DNA from: Tetramitus jugosus
Taxonomy: Eukaryota > Protista > Heterolobosea
Length of the DNA stretch: 64,000 nt
Reading direction: 5' to 3'
Assembly (NCBI GenBank): GCA_937625935.1
Contig: OW569386.1
Location: forward strand, 355,932 to 419,931
Shown here: in pieces, positions 30,832 to 42,700 of the stretch
Numbering within the stretch: position 1 is the stretch's first letter
Layout of the letters: the number at the start of each line of letters is the position of its first letter
Made by a program: the position numbers and the translations under genes
The notes under the pieces: generated by a model
Database searches by the model: none
Seen by the model: the letters and a program-made list of their open reading frames with translations, nothing else
What the model was told of the DNA's origin: nothing

Positions 30832-32865
30832 ATGCTCGTACAAATGGCATCACATGTTGACGATGCTTCTAACAATTGTGGCAGCAAGAATAAGAATGAG
30901 AATGTGGATTCTTTTGGCAGTGTCATCTCTAGTGGAGGTGCAGTACAAGTCAATAAGAATGATGACATGATTCACTCTCATCATCCTCATCCTCAACCCA
31001 TTCTCTCAACAAGGACAACCACATTGAATGAACAAACATTTCCAATTTCACAATCGAAACCTGCAATGAATCATACAGATCCTGTGCAATATCATCATTC
31101 TGTTGGTGATAATATGGGAATGGTTGACACGGATTATCGTGTCAGTGGTGGTAGCAGTAGTAGCCATGTTAGTAGTAATGCTAACTCATCCAAGCACTTT
31201 TCTCATTTGCCATCTGTTGCGCAGTCGAATTTGAGATTTCTGGTTTCTGAGCTCAACAAGCGCAAAGGAACGAGAATACGTCTCAAGAATCGAAGTGTTT
31301 ATTGTGTCTTGTTCAGTGTAGAGCTAGTGGAGAGACAATTCAGAGGCAGTTTTCTCAAATTTAAACTATTCTATCGTGGTTATGTATGGAAGGCTCCATC
31401 TATCGTCTTTGCACAAATGATCAAGGATCAAGCACACTTGGACAAATCTATGGGTTCGTCTGGCGTAGCTCCATTGAACTCTCATGGTCTAGGAGATGCC
31501 CAGTGGAGAGTGAGACTCAACAACTCATCTACCAATCCAAGTGAATTTGAGTGGATACGATTGTATGAGAGCATGTCGTCCCATGTTTTGAGTGGTCGTG
31601 CAATGGTCGATGTCAACAGAATACCTCCAGAGACCTCAACCGAAGAATTTTCATTCCTTCCTGATCCCCAGTTTGTGAATCTGAGCTTTTGTTTTTCGTT
31701 AAGACTTTTGGAATCGATTAACTATGTCATGGATAGGGGTGAACTCGATCAAAATAGTTCACTGTACCCAAATCTGCAAAGTGTATCTGAGAAAGCTTCA
31801 TCAAGGCAAAGGCCGAGCAATGCAGGAAAGCGAAAATCCCTTCTCCAACTGTCTCATCTCAACACATTGAATACCACAATCGATCGAACTATGCACAACA
31901 ATCGTGAAAGTAGCAGCAGTAGTGATGACGCAGATCAGGACAGTGAAGACTCTGATGACCAAATGAAGATCGATGACGATGAATGTGAACCTTTAGAGGG
32001 ATCTACTCCAACCAAGAAACTCAAAGAAACTCAAGAACAGCTGTTTTCAATGACCATCTCTTCTCCTCATCCGACTAATCATGAAGCAGCGTCTCCTACA
32101 ACTCCTCTGCTAACTCCATCTCTCGTGTCTGGATTGCCCTCCTTTGCTGACTTTGCAAATTTCTTCAAGGCACAAGTAGACCTCGGTAGTGCTTCTACTG
32201 CTCCACCACTGTGTACTATACCCATACCAGACATTGAGTCCACCCTTAATAATGGTAATCATCTTGTATCTTCCATAACATATGATGAAAAAGACGGAAG
32301 CCCAGCAGTACCATCAACGACTGATGAAGGTAAAAAGAAGAGAAATCGCTCTGGAAGAACCAAGCAAACCAGGAGCGCTCCTACAGTTGAAAGTGTTGCT
32401 GTCCCTGCTCTATCGAACGATTTCCTTCCAGATTACTCCTCACTTGCTCAATTCTTTGCTCAGGACATGACAGCTCCCAATACCCATTCGAGTCTGACAC
32501 CGAGCACATCGACTGACCCTGTCAGTGACACTATCATATCGACATTATCTGCTTCGGAGAATGCTCATGTTGAAACAAATCCTAGCAAAGAATCATCTGA
32601 ACCTTCTTCTAACTCGAAAGTGAAATCGAGATTCGTGAAGCGAGATCGGAGGAAAACATCGGGTAATGCAACACCCACATCACCTGCCATGCGTCCTTCT
32701 TCTCAAGTGTTTGAAGTACCAATCTCTCAACAAGTCAAGCCAGGGGTTGTATCGACTACTATTCCGAACATACGACCCACCATTCTCCTGTTATCTACGC
32801 CAGATACGCCAATAACTCCATCTAGTCGGTCCACATCTCACCTACAAAGTAATGAACAAAGATAG
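30832..32865 (+). CDS. Hypothetical protein, likely nuclear: one globular region plus a long S/T/P-rich disordered tail
   Basis: 677-aa ORF; basic NLS-like KKKRNRSGR and KRDRRK. Confidence 0.75.
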   Translation: MLVQMASHVDDASNNCGSKNKNENVDSFGSVISSGGAVQVNKNDDMIHSHHPHPQPILSTRTTTLNEQTFPISQSKPAMNHTDPVQYHHSVGDNMGMVDTDYRVSGGSSSSHVSSNANSSKHFSHLPSVAQSNLRFLVSELNKRKGTRIRLKNRSVYCVLFSVELVERQFRGSFLKFKLFYRGYVWKAPSIVFAQMIKDQAHLDKSMGSSGVAPLNSHGLGDAQWRVRLNNSSTNPSEFEWIRLYESMSSHVLSGRAMVDVNRIPPETSTEEFSFLPDPQFVNLSFCFSLRLLESINYVMDRGELDQNSSLYPNLQSVSEKASSRQRPSNAGKRKSLLQLSHLNTLNTTIDRTMHNNRESSSSSDDADQDSEDSDDQMKIDDDECEPLEGSTPTKKLKETQEQLFSMTISSPHPTNHEAASPTTPLLTPSLVSGLPSFADFANFFKAQVDLGSASTAPPLCTIPIPDIESTLNNGNHLVSSITYDEKDGSPAVPSTTDEGKKKRNRSGRTKQTRSAPTVESVAVPALSNDFLPDYSSLAQFFAQDMTAPNTHSSLTPSTSTDPVSDTIISTLSASENAHVETNPSKESSEPSSNSKVKSRFVKRDRRKTSGNATPTSPAMRPSSQVFEVPISQQVKPGVVSTTIPNIRPTILLLSTPDTPITPSSRSTSHLQSNEQR

Positions 32866-32939
32866 TATTTTTTCCATCTCCTAACTTTCCTTGATTACAC
32901 TCCTACTCGACTACCGATCATGCTCAAAGAGTTTACCAA

Positions 32940-33036
32940 TGATGTTCCCACTGCAGCTTTAATAAATACAACAAGGACAAATAGGCCTACTCTGAGTCCC
33001 ATACCCAATACCACCACCAAGTTCCTCTTCTTCAAT
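32940..33036 (-). pseudogene. Partial duplicate of the TM-coding segment of the adjacent gene
   Basis: AAGAAGAGGAACTTGGTGGTGGTATTGGGTATGGGACTCAGAGTAGGCCTATTTGTCCTTG versus AAGAAGAGGAGCTTGGCGGTGGCATTGGGAGTAGGACTCGGTGTAGGCCTACTTGTCCTTG (~33285-33345). Confidence 0.7.
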
Positions 33037-33149
33037 CTAAACTGGCCCATTTTCAATAAGTTTGACAGTATTATAGATTATGAATTTTTTATTACGTTGT
33101 CAGGAGATTGGGGTGACAAGTGAAGTAGTACAAGTGTCAGTGAATGAAA

Positions 33150-34094
33150 TCACTTTGAATCACAGATTGTGAAACAGAACAATATCACGCCCAAAAGTTC
33201 GAGGATCGAGGTACAGAAGTCGCCAAAACCACGACCAAACACCAAAGTTCCCACCACAGAGACAACAACGATAACAACAATGGCAAGGACAAGTAGGCCT
33301 ACACCGAGTCCTACTCCCAATGCCACCGCCAAGCTCCTCTTCTTCTTCGCCTGACACTTACTAAATCTCTGCGAAAAGTCAATGTAAGGTCCATAATAGC
33401 TATTCGCATTCATATCATTCACTTGAATGTGAACTTGATTCGATGTCTTGGAAACAACAGTCATATTTGCACCTGGCAAAAGATAGGTGAAGATATCAAC
33501 AGTAGAAACCGGTTTGTCGAATGTTGGCAAATTAAAGTACAAGGACCATTGTGGCAGCGATAGTGATGGATGATAGTAGGGCATGAGCACTCGATTAAAC
33601 TTTCCTAAGGAGCCACTTGCACTCAACGTCACCAACATTCCTACAACAGAGTAAGTATATCTCAACGTAATCACAGCATCGCTCGAAATCACATTTTGGA
33701 AACTTGTAGTGATGAGTGCTGCCTTGACTGCCAGAAACGGATCGGCCTGACTCACATAAAACTGTGAGATGGTTGCATTGGCATCGCCAATCGATGAAGA
33801 TTGAACCGTTATGGCAAGGTTGGTAATGAGGTCAACAGATCCTACCTTGTACGATATAGTGTACGGTACATAGTGATCAATTGTTGAGATGGAATCGGAG
33901 GCAGAGATACTGTAGGTGACATCCTCTCTGACCAGAACATTGCAAGTTCCTTCGCTTTCAGTGGGCACGACTACGGTGGTACTCATGTCGTTGATGCTGA
34001 GACATGTGACATGTTGCTGTGGTTGAAATAGTAAGACCAATAGAATCACAACAAGAGACAGACTGAACAATGATGGGAACTTGAGATGTTGCAT
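33150..34094 (-). CDS. Type I membrane protein (signal peptide, beta-rich ectodomain possibly DUF2207-like, C-terminal TM)
   Basis: MQHLKFPSLFSLSLVVILLVLLF signal; VLVREDVTY...ITLRYTYSV beta pattern; TM LAVALGVGLGVGLLVLAIVVIVVV. Confidence 0.75.
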   Translation of the reverse strand: MQHLKFPSLFSLSLVVILLVLLFQPQQHVTCLSINDMSTTVVVPTESEGTCNVLVREDVTYSISASDSISTIDHYVPYTISYKVGSVDLITNLAITVQSSSIGDANATISQFYVSQADPFLAVKAALITTSFQNVISSDAVITLRYTYSVVGMLVTLSASGSLGKFNRVLMPYYHPSLSLPQWSLYFNLPTFDKPVSTVDIFTYLLPGANMTVVSKTSNQVHIQVNDMNANSYYGPYIDFSQRFSKCQAKKKRSLAVALGVGLGVGLLVLAIVVIVVVSVVGTLVFGRGFGDFCTSILELLGVILFCFTICDSK

Positions 34095-34447
34095 TTGTTT
34101 CTTTGTGGGTGTTGTCGAACTTTGAGGATATCTCCCGCTATGGTACAACAGCTTTGTGTACCACAAACAACTCACCCAAGTTCGCTCCTGTGAGATGGTG
34201 TCAGTCATTCGAGCATGAAATTGGAGCTGTCACTGGTTTCCCGCGCTTCTGTTCGTACAATTGATATTGCCCGATCCATGTTCTCCGTTCTCCGTTGTCT
34301 AACGGATAACAATGGACCTAAAGGAAGCTCCGAAAATATCTCATCCACAAAAGCAACATCTAACTCACCAAAGGAACAACATCTATTCATCCCTATTATT
34401 ATTATTATTATTATTGTTGTTGCCAATATAGTCACACAGTCTTGAAA

Positions 34448-35122
34448 ATGAACATTACACTCAAACGGAAACGTGAATACTCATCAGAAGATTTCTATCA
34501 GTTTGATGATGAACTGAGTCACGATGCAGCTCAGCAGCTACACCACGATGAGAACAATAATTTCTTTAGCAACAACAACAACAACAACAATATATTGACA
34601 CAGCAATCAATAATGTATGGAACGATGGAACAACCACCTAGAAAAAAACCCTTTTACAACGATCACCTTCAAAAAATCAATCAGAATCTGAGCGGTGCTC
34701 TTTCTGATTCGACACTGCTCACCACAACAACAGCCTTTCATAATCACCACTCATCATCAGAGCTCAATCATTCACCACCTTGTCCCTCCAGCAATCCATC
34801 ATCCCCCACCAACAGCACTCCTTCTTCACCAATCACTATCCCTTCTCATTCTCATCATCATCCATTGAGCTATCATTATCCACTCTCATCATGCAATTCA
34901 CCACCACCACCACAGCATACACGGTCATCACACTATAGCCATGCTCCATATCCTTATTCCAACAGCAACAGCAGTACACTATCACCCTTCTCATCCAAGT
35001 TGAGTTCACTGAATGGAGATGCACAATTATTGGCAAAACTAACAAGAGATTTGAGTGAGGCCAATCGGAGGAGAGACAACGCAAAGAGAAGATTGCAATT
35101 TTCTGGTCATCCGACCACGTAG
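34448..35122 (+). CDS. Hypothetical low-complexity protein
   Basis: 224 aa; LKRKRE and PPRKK basic motifs; S/P/H-rich; C-terminal short coil ending AKRRLQF. Confidence 0.7.
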   Translation: MNITLKRKREYSSEDFYQFDDELSHDAAQQLHHDENNNFFSNNNNNNNILTQQSIMYGTMEQPPRKKPFYNDHLQKINQNLSGALSDSTLLTTTTAFHNHHSSSELNHSPPCPSSNPSSPTNSTPSSPITIPSHSHHHPLSYHYPLSSCNSPPPPQHTRSSHYSHAPYPYSNSNSSTLSPFSSKLSSLNGDAQLLAKLTRDLSEANRRRDNAKRRLQFSGHPTT

Positions 35123-35306
35123 TTCATCTGGTGAGGTGTCCTTTGACTCACAACGGACAAATTCGTGTTCAGAAATAGAAGCGGATTAATAAAAAATACC
35201 GACATCATTTTTCACACATCCCGCAGTAGTGTCAAGTTTTTATCCAAACACCAAGAAACCACATAAACAACAACAATCATCCAAAATTCGATAACACACA
35301 ACAACA

Positions 35307-36347
35307 ATGAGCGGAAACAACAACTACGAACACATTTTATTCGGCATGTGCAACCCATTGCTCGATATCTCTGCTGAGGTACCAAGCGATGTGTTGACCA
35401 AGTACGATGTCGCACCTGCTAGTGCCATTTTGGCAGAGGAGAAGCACAAGCCAATCTATCAAGAACTCGTTGACAACTACAATGTCGAGTACATTGCTGG
35501 TGGTTCTGCTCAAAATGTTCTCCGTGTCTATCAATGGATGATTCAACAACCAAACAGCGCCACATTTGTTGGTTGCGTTGGTGATGATGCATTCGGAAGA
35601 CAATTGAGAGACAGTGCAACAAAGGATGGACTCAATGTTCAATACTTGGTTGACCCTGCTGTTCCAACCGGTACCTGTGCTGTGTTGGTTGTTGGTAAGG
35701 AGAGAACTCTGATTGCTAACCTTGCTGCTGCCAATGAGTACAAGCACGATCACTTGCTCACTGATGACATTCAACAATATGTCAACAAGTCTCAATACTT
35801 TTACATTTCTGGCTTCTTTTTGACTGTCTCTCCAGAATCCGTCATGTTTGTTGGAAAGCATGCTGCTGAGAACAACAAGTTGTTCATGATCAACTTGAGT
35901 GCTCAATTCATTGTCTCTGTTTTCAAGGATAGATTGTTGAGTGCTTTGCCATATGCTGACTTTTTGTTCGGTAATGAATTGGAAGCCAGAGAGTTCTCCA
36001 AGGTCATGGGTTATGAGACTGATGATGTTGCTTTGATTGCTGAGAAGGCATCTCAGTACGAAAAGGTGAACCAAAAGAGAGACAGAATTGTCGTGTTCAC
36101 TCAAGGCCCAGATCCAGTTGTCATTGCTGTCAATGGCAAGTCTCACTTGATTCAAGTTCCACCTGTTCCAACTGACTTGATCAAGGACACCAACGGTGCT
36201 GGTGATGCTTTTGTTGGTGGTTTCTTGGCTGCTTTGATCAAGGGTAAGGATTTAGACGAGTGTGCTAGAGCTGGAATCTATTCCTCTGGTGTTGTGATTC
36301 AACACTCTGGATGTGTCTTCCCTCCTCTTCCTGACTACAAGTTGTAA
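35307..36347 (+). CDS. ADK: Adenosine kinase (PfkB family)
   Basis: GMCNPLLDISA, YIAGGSAQN, PTGTCAV, YISGFFLTVSPES, NLSA.FI, DTNGAGDAFVGGFLA. Confidence 0.97.
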   Translation: MSGNNNYEHILFGMCNPLLDISAEVPSDVLTKYDVAPASAILAEEKHKPIYQELVDNYNVEYIAGGSAQNVLRVYQWMIQQPNSATFVGCVGDDAFGRQLRDSATKDGLNVQYLVDPAVPTGTCAVLVVGKERTLIANLAAANEYKHDHLLTDDIQQYVNKSQYFYISGFFLTVSPESVMFVGKHAAENNKLFMINLSAQFIVSVFKDRLLSALPYADFLFGNELEAREFSKVMGYETDDVALIAEKASQYEKVNQKRDRIVVFTQGPDPVVIAVNGKSHLIQVPPVPTDLIKDTNGAGDAFVGGFLAALIKGKDLDECARAGIYSSGVVIQHSGCVFPPLPDYKL

Positions 36348-36720
36348 AGTATTTTACGCTCCCACATGCTATCACTTTTCTTACAATTTCATTGATCTTT
36401 GTTCTTTTTTGCTCCGCATCAATTGGCAGACCACGAAAACCCCACATGACAAGAAAAAAGAAACAATTTCATGATAGTGCAACATCGATTTTCATTCGTG
36501 CCGAAGCAATCGGAAGTGAGATAGTGTAACCGATCTCATCGATGGAGCCTTTGAAATTAGGTATGTCCGCGTTTGGTTCGCGGATTTGTTGAGCTCTCGT
36601 TTACGGTCGGAACCAACCCATACGCGACGATATTACCGACTGTAGTTTGTGGCACAGTTTGCTCAGTTTCAAGAAACCAATTTGCGCGTAGAGTCGAATC
36701 ATTAGAAGATTATCGTGAAG

Positions 36721-39700
36721 ATGAAGGCAAGAGCTTTCAATTTTCTCTTACTCGCTGTTTGTACACTATTACTCTTGTTTTCTCTCAGGGAAGGTTTGTT
36801 CATCTCTTCATTTGCACATGAATGCGAACTCAGCGGGATTAACTAAGAACTTTTTCTCATTCAATTAAATATAACGATAGTGGAGAGTCAATCATGTAAC
36901 GGCACAGCGAACACTGATACAACAGTTTGCTCATCTCATGGATTTTGTGTCAGCGAGGATTATTGTATCTGTCACCCTGGATATAGGGGCACATTTTGTG
37001 ATGAAGAACAATTGGGATATGCTTTCAGTGCTGGCTGGAATAGCAAGGGTCAATTAGGAGACACTTTTACAGTCAATAGGCAAACAACCATTCGAATTCC
37101 TGGATGGTTTTCATTATTAAGTTTGGCTGCTGTATCTGCCGGGGAGGGATACTCGATGGCATTAACTACTTCGGGTGACGTGTACACTTGGGGAGATAAC
37201 AGTTATGGTCAATTGGGCACTGGAGATTCAGCTAGTCGCCTCGAACCAACGCTAGTGCTGAAAGGAGCATTCATAAAGGTTATAGCTGCCTGCGCCGTGC
37301 ATTCAATCGCTTTAGCCAAAAACGGTTCTATTTACACATGGGGAACGAATAAGATTATAACCCCAATAGATACTGATAATGACCATGCTGGTATTCTCGG
37401 TCATGGCACTTTCGATGCTTACGCAGCGCTAAGACCAACCATTATTTCTGCATCTTTACCAACGAATTTTATCTCTGTGGGATGTGGAAGGTATCATTCC
37501 CTGGCACTGACGACAGCTGGAGGACTCTATGTTTGGGGATCGAATTTGGTAAATCAACTTGGAGACGGAGGAACAGGAACAAATCTAGCTATTCCCACTC
37601 CATCTGACTCTCGATACGTTGTTAGTTCTTTTGCAGCTGGTGAATATCATTCTCTGATTAGTACCATTGAAGGCAAAGTTTATTCTTGGGGCTTGGGAAC
37701 AAGCGGTCAATCTGGTGTTGTGGATTCCATGGGAAATCCTATGGCAGCACCTGCGACTCCCAGACTAGTATCGGGATCTTTGGTAGGAAAATTTGTAGTG
37801 TCAGTGACAAGTGGAAGATTTAGTTCTCTTGCGAGGTGTTTAGACGGAAGTGTTCATGTATGGGGAAAGAATACTGATTACCAACTGGGAGATGGCACAA
37901 CAACTCAAAGGAATGTTCCAGTTCAATTGACTGACATGAGTTGGGTTACTAACTTGTTCGGTGGATCGCTGACAGATACAATTTTTGCCACAGTAAATCA
38001 CACTGGATTGTACGCCTGGGGAAAAAATTCGTACGGCATCTATGGTACAGGAGTCACTGGAGTTATCTATAGAGTCCCAACTGCCATTCCTGATCTCTAT
38101 TCGGGTGCTTATGCTACTCAAGTCGCTCCAGGAAGTGACCATGCACTATTCTTAATATCTGGTATAACATGCTTTGCTATCATGGCAGGAGACGAAAATG
38201 TTTGTGCGTCACATGGCACTTGTGTGGCCATGGATCAATGTCAATGCCACACAGGTTTTACAGGATTGGATTGCTCTCTTCCTTTCTGTTTTTTGAAAAA
38301 TTCATCAGACGAGACAGTATGCAACGGTCACGGTCAGTGTCTGACCACAGATACATGCGTTTGCTATCATGGATTTTCGGGAGATGAATGCGAGGAGGCA
38401 ATTAGTGGTGTAATGTATGGTTCTGGTGATGACTCTGAAGGACAGTTAGGTGATACAAATAGTGGAGCAGGTCTCTATCAATACGCTACGATTGTTTCAA
38501 ATGGATTCTTTAAAAAATCGATTACGATGCTCGATGCAGGATACAAATCTTCACTAGCTATCTCAGGTGGAAAACTATATGGTGTAGGATGGAACTACTT
38601 GGGGAAACTGGGTAGCGGGGCGGCTACGAAGCCATCACCGATCATTATTGATAATGGCTCATTATCAGGAAAGATAGTCGTTGCTGCTTGTTCAGGATAT
38701 GACTTCTCGTTAGCACTCGCTATTGATGGTACTCTTCACGCCTTGGGAGGAAACTCGCAGGGTCAATTAGGAACAGGAGTTACCACTGCTTCCACTACAC
38801 CAATCCAAGTAGGAGGCTTACTACCATATGAACAAGTCGTTCAAGTGAGTTGTGGGTATCAACATGCCGCAGCTCTAACACTGAATGGTACAGTATTCAC
38901 TTGGGGATCCAACTCAAATGGTCAGATCGGAAATGGAAAATCCGGAGTCAATGTTCTTCTACCCTATCAGGTCTATATTTCTGGAGTTCTTTACACACGA
39001 CGTGTTTCAATGGTCGTGTGTGGGCACTCTCACACGATGGCGCTCGTGTCTGATGGTAACGTTTACACTTGGGGAGCAGGAAGTTATGGACAGTTGGGTT
39101 TTGGATCATTCCCAGCGGCTCAAGTTTTGCCTGTTAAGATAATAGATGGGATCACAAGCACCAAGATTATATCTATTAGTGCTTCCAGTTTCGCGTCCTA
39201 TGCAGTGGGATCAGATGGTATTGGATACGCCTGGGGCAAAGGCTCTCAGGGTCAAATAGGCAACGGTGAGTGGGTCAACAAGAATATTCCCACAAAAATT
39301 AGTATCACACCATCTGAGCCGATCAAATTCATTAGTAGTGGAGTCGGGCAAGTGGTAGGCGAAGATTCTCATGCCATTGCTATTACGGTGAATGGTACCG
39401 CATGGACTTGGGGACAAAATACTTACGGACAGTTGTCTGATGGCACAGCAAATCCTGCATCTATTCCTGTACGGTATAATTCAATGTATCCATATAGGCG
39501 TGTTGTATCGGTATCTGCTGGTTTTTCTCATACACTCATTACATACAATGCAACTGACTCTTGTTATGGAGTATACATGGATGAACCTCACACATGCTCA
39601 TATCATGGAGATTGTATCGGGTTGGATACGTGTAACTGTCATGCTAACTATACCGGAGATGATTGCAGTATTTTCAAATGCTTTGATCTCATTTTTAATG

Positions 39701-42700
39701 CTTCTACTGTTTGTCATTCTCGCGGCAAGTGCATCGCTCACGATACTTGTGTATGCCAAAATGGTTATACGGGAGATGAATGTGAATTTGAACGATTTGG
39801 AGTCGTGTATGCCGTGGGAAAACAAGATGCGAATTTTCAATTGGGAGATGATGATCTGGTACCTGCTTCGATTGCAGTACCAACCACTGGTTTACTAATG
39901 GATACATTTGTCACCACAGTTGAGGCAGGAAAAGATTATTCGATTGTTCTTGGCAGGAATGGTTATGTTTATACATGGGGTTCGAATTCCTTTTCCGTTA
40001 TTGGCGATGGAACATCGATTGTGAGGAGAAAGCCGTATATTGCATTTACTGGTAACGCTATCTCGATTTGTAGTGGGGGCTATCATTCACTCGTTGTTAA
40101 TTCCGATGGTAAAGCATATTCATGGGGAAGTACTCGGACTTATAATGCGTTTACTGTTTCTTGTGGAAACGGTTGGACCACTGAGGTACAATGTAATTAT
40201 GGAGTGCTGGGTAGAGGAGCAATAGGAGTAAGCATTTTACCCACACCAGATCTCGTGAGCGCACCAACAGATCAACACTTTACTCAGGCAGCGTGTGGAT
40301 TGGGACACTCGGTTCTGGTCACTGATGACGGGAAAATCTGGACTTTTGGACTCAATTATATGTATTATGGATCCCCTGGTTATAGTGGCGTCGGTGCAGG
40401 TTACATTGGCCCCTCAGCTTCTAGTGGATATGTACTAACTCCCTATAATGTTCTGGGGCGATTAAAATTTAACAAGATTATACAAGTGGCAGCTGGTGAC
40501 TTCCACACACTGGCACTCGGTTCACACGGTGAGGTGTATTCTTGGGGACGAAATACTGTTGGTCAGTTGGGCGATGGTACCTCTGTGAGTAAAGCTACTC
40601 CCATACTCGTCTCCAAAGTGATTGGCAAACTCACTGTAGTGTTTGTTGCCGCAGGAAAACAATCTTCCTATGCTATTACCTCCACTGGTGATGTTTATTC
40701 CTGGGGACAGAACACTCTCGGACAATTGGGAGATGGAACAACTGTCAATCGGTTCTTGCCCGTGTTGCTCACCTCCTTTAAAAATGTCAATATCGTGCAC
40801 ATCTCGGCTAGCAAGCTGACTAATTACGTGCTTGCTGTAGCGAAGAACGGATCTGCATATGGATGGGGAGATAACACTCAATCTCAAATTGGGGATGAGA
40901 CTACTACCAACACATTGTATCCAGTATCTGTGGTCAATCGGTCCAAGGTCAGAAAAATAGTTCATGCAGCTACTTCCGAGTTTCATTCTCTATTTCTCTA
41001 CAATGGCACTTTTTGTTTTGGGAAGCTTTCAGATGATCCGTACGTTTGTCATGGTAGAGGAAATTGCAGTGATACGGATGCATGCCAATGCAAAGAAGGG
41101 TATTTAGGATCCGAGTGTGAAATATCCATGTGCTTTGGGTTGAATTCTACGGATGATTCAGTTTGCTCTGGACATGGCTATTGTGTTGGCTACAATAGTT
41201 GTTCATGCATCAATACACATACTGGAGCACAATGCGAGTTAGAAGTGTTCGGATTGTCCTTCTCGATGGGATCGAATGCCAAGTATCAATTAGGAGATGA
41301 CTACTACGACGACCGAGCATTTCACGTGCAAACATCTTATCCTTTATCGAACGTGAATCTCGTTCGACTAGTTCATGCAGGTAACAGGGCATCCCTTGCT
41401 ATATCAAAAGTTGGCAAATTGTATACTTGGGGAAATGGCGATTATGCTCAGATTGGAGATGGTACATTTGGTATAAATCGAAATAGGCCCACCCCGATTT
41501 TGACCTCAAAAACATTTAGGAGTGCCTGCATGGGTAATACCTATGGAGTGGCAGTAGACGAAAGTGGCCAGGTGTGGGCATGGGGATATTCTATTATGTC
41601 AACAAATCCTCTGCCCTATATAGCCTGCTATGTCAATGGATATCCACAGTATTGTCCAAATACAGGCCTAACATGCGGCTGCGTTGTTAATCCAGAAAAG
41701 ACCGGTGTTCTGGGAAATCCCTCGCATTACTATTATCAAACTCCTGTACAAGTGCTAGGTTTGCCATCCATTTCGTCTGTTGCTTGTGGTGTACATCATG
41801 TTGTAGCATTGGCAGAGAATGGAACGGTTTGGAGTTGGGGAAGAAACGATAATGCACAGTTGGGATATGTTCCTTCCAAGGAGATCAGAGCCCCTATGCA
41901 AATAGGAAATGTCATCTCCCAGGGAGGTGTATTGGGCAATATTAAACTTATTTCTGTTGCTGCTGGACAATATCACTCGCTTGCTCTAGGAGAGCATGGC
42001 GAAGTTTATGTATGGGGCTATAACAATGTTGGTCAGATTGGGGATAATTCTCTAGTAACAAAGTATAACCCAAGACAAGTCATGAGAACGATTTTGGCTG
42101 AGCCCATTACAACGATTGCTGCCGGTTGGGGTTCTTCATATGCTCTTTCATCTTCTGGAAAGTTGTTTTCATGGGGGTCGAACACTGGAGGTTTGCTCGG
42201 TGTATCGTCAACAGTGCCTAATGTTAATGTCCCAGTGTCAGTTGATTCGGTTTCAGACATTACTGGAATCTCAGTCTCTCTCGACGCGAGTTATGCATTA
42301 TTGGTGACATTGAATGGCACAGCATATGGTATGGGTTCTAACAATGGATTCTTGCTGGGAGACGGTTCCACTTCTGCCAAGAATTACCCTTCACCGGTTC
42401 ACAACTCATTTGATTCCCGTAGAGTTGTTGGAGTGGCAGCAGGCTTAGATCATTCTTTGTATTTATTTAATGACACCTATTGCTTTGGTGTGTTAGCAGA
42501 TGATTCTCTCGTATGCTCTTCTCATGGTTATTGTCTCGATACAGATGATTGCATTTGTGAAGCAGGGTACACATCATTGAACTGTAGTGTTCCAGTATGT
42601 TTTAACATTACGGCGCAAGATCCAAATGTTTGTAATGCACATGGACAGTGTCACGTTCCCAATATCTGTCAATGTAATCCTGGGTACGTCGGACAAGAGT

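Noticed and set aside
35337-36155. 272-aa antisense ORF over adenosine kinase
   Set aside because: Mirror-frame artefact of strong codon bias in a highly expressed gene; no recognisable motifs.
12801-36347. CKX-like gene plus adenosine kinase as a cytokinin metabolism cluster
   Set aside because: They are 20 kb and about a dozen unrelated genes apart, and ADK is housekeeping.
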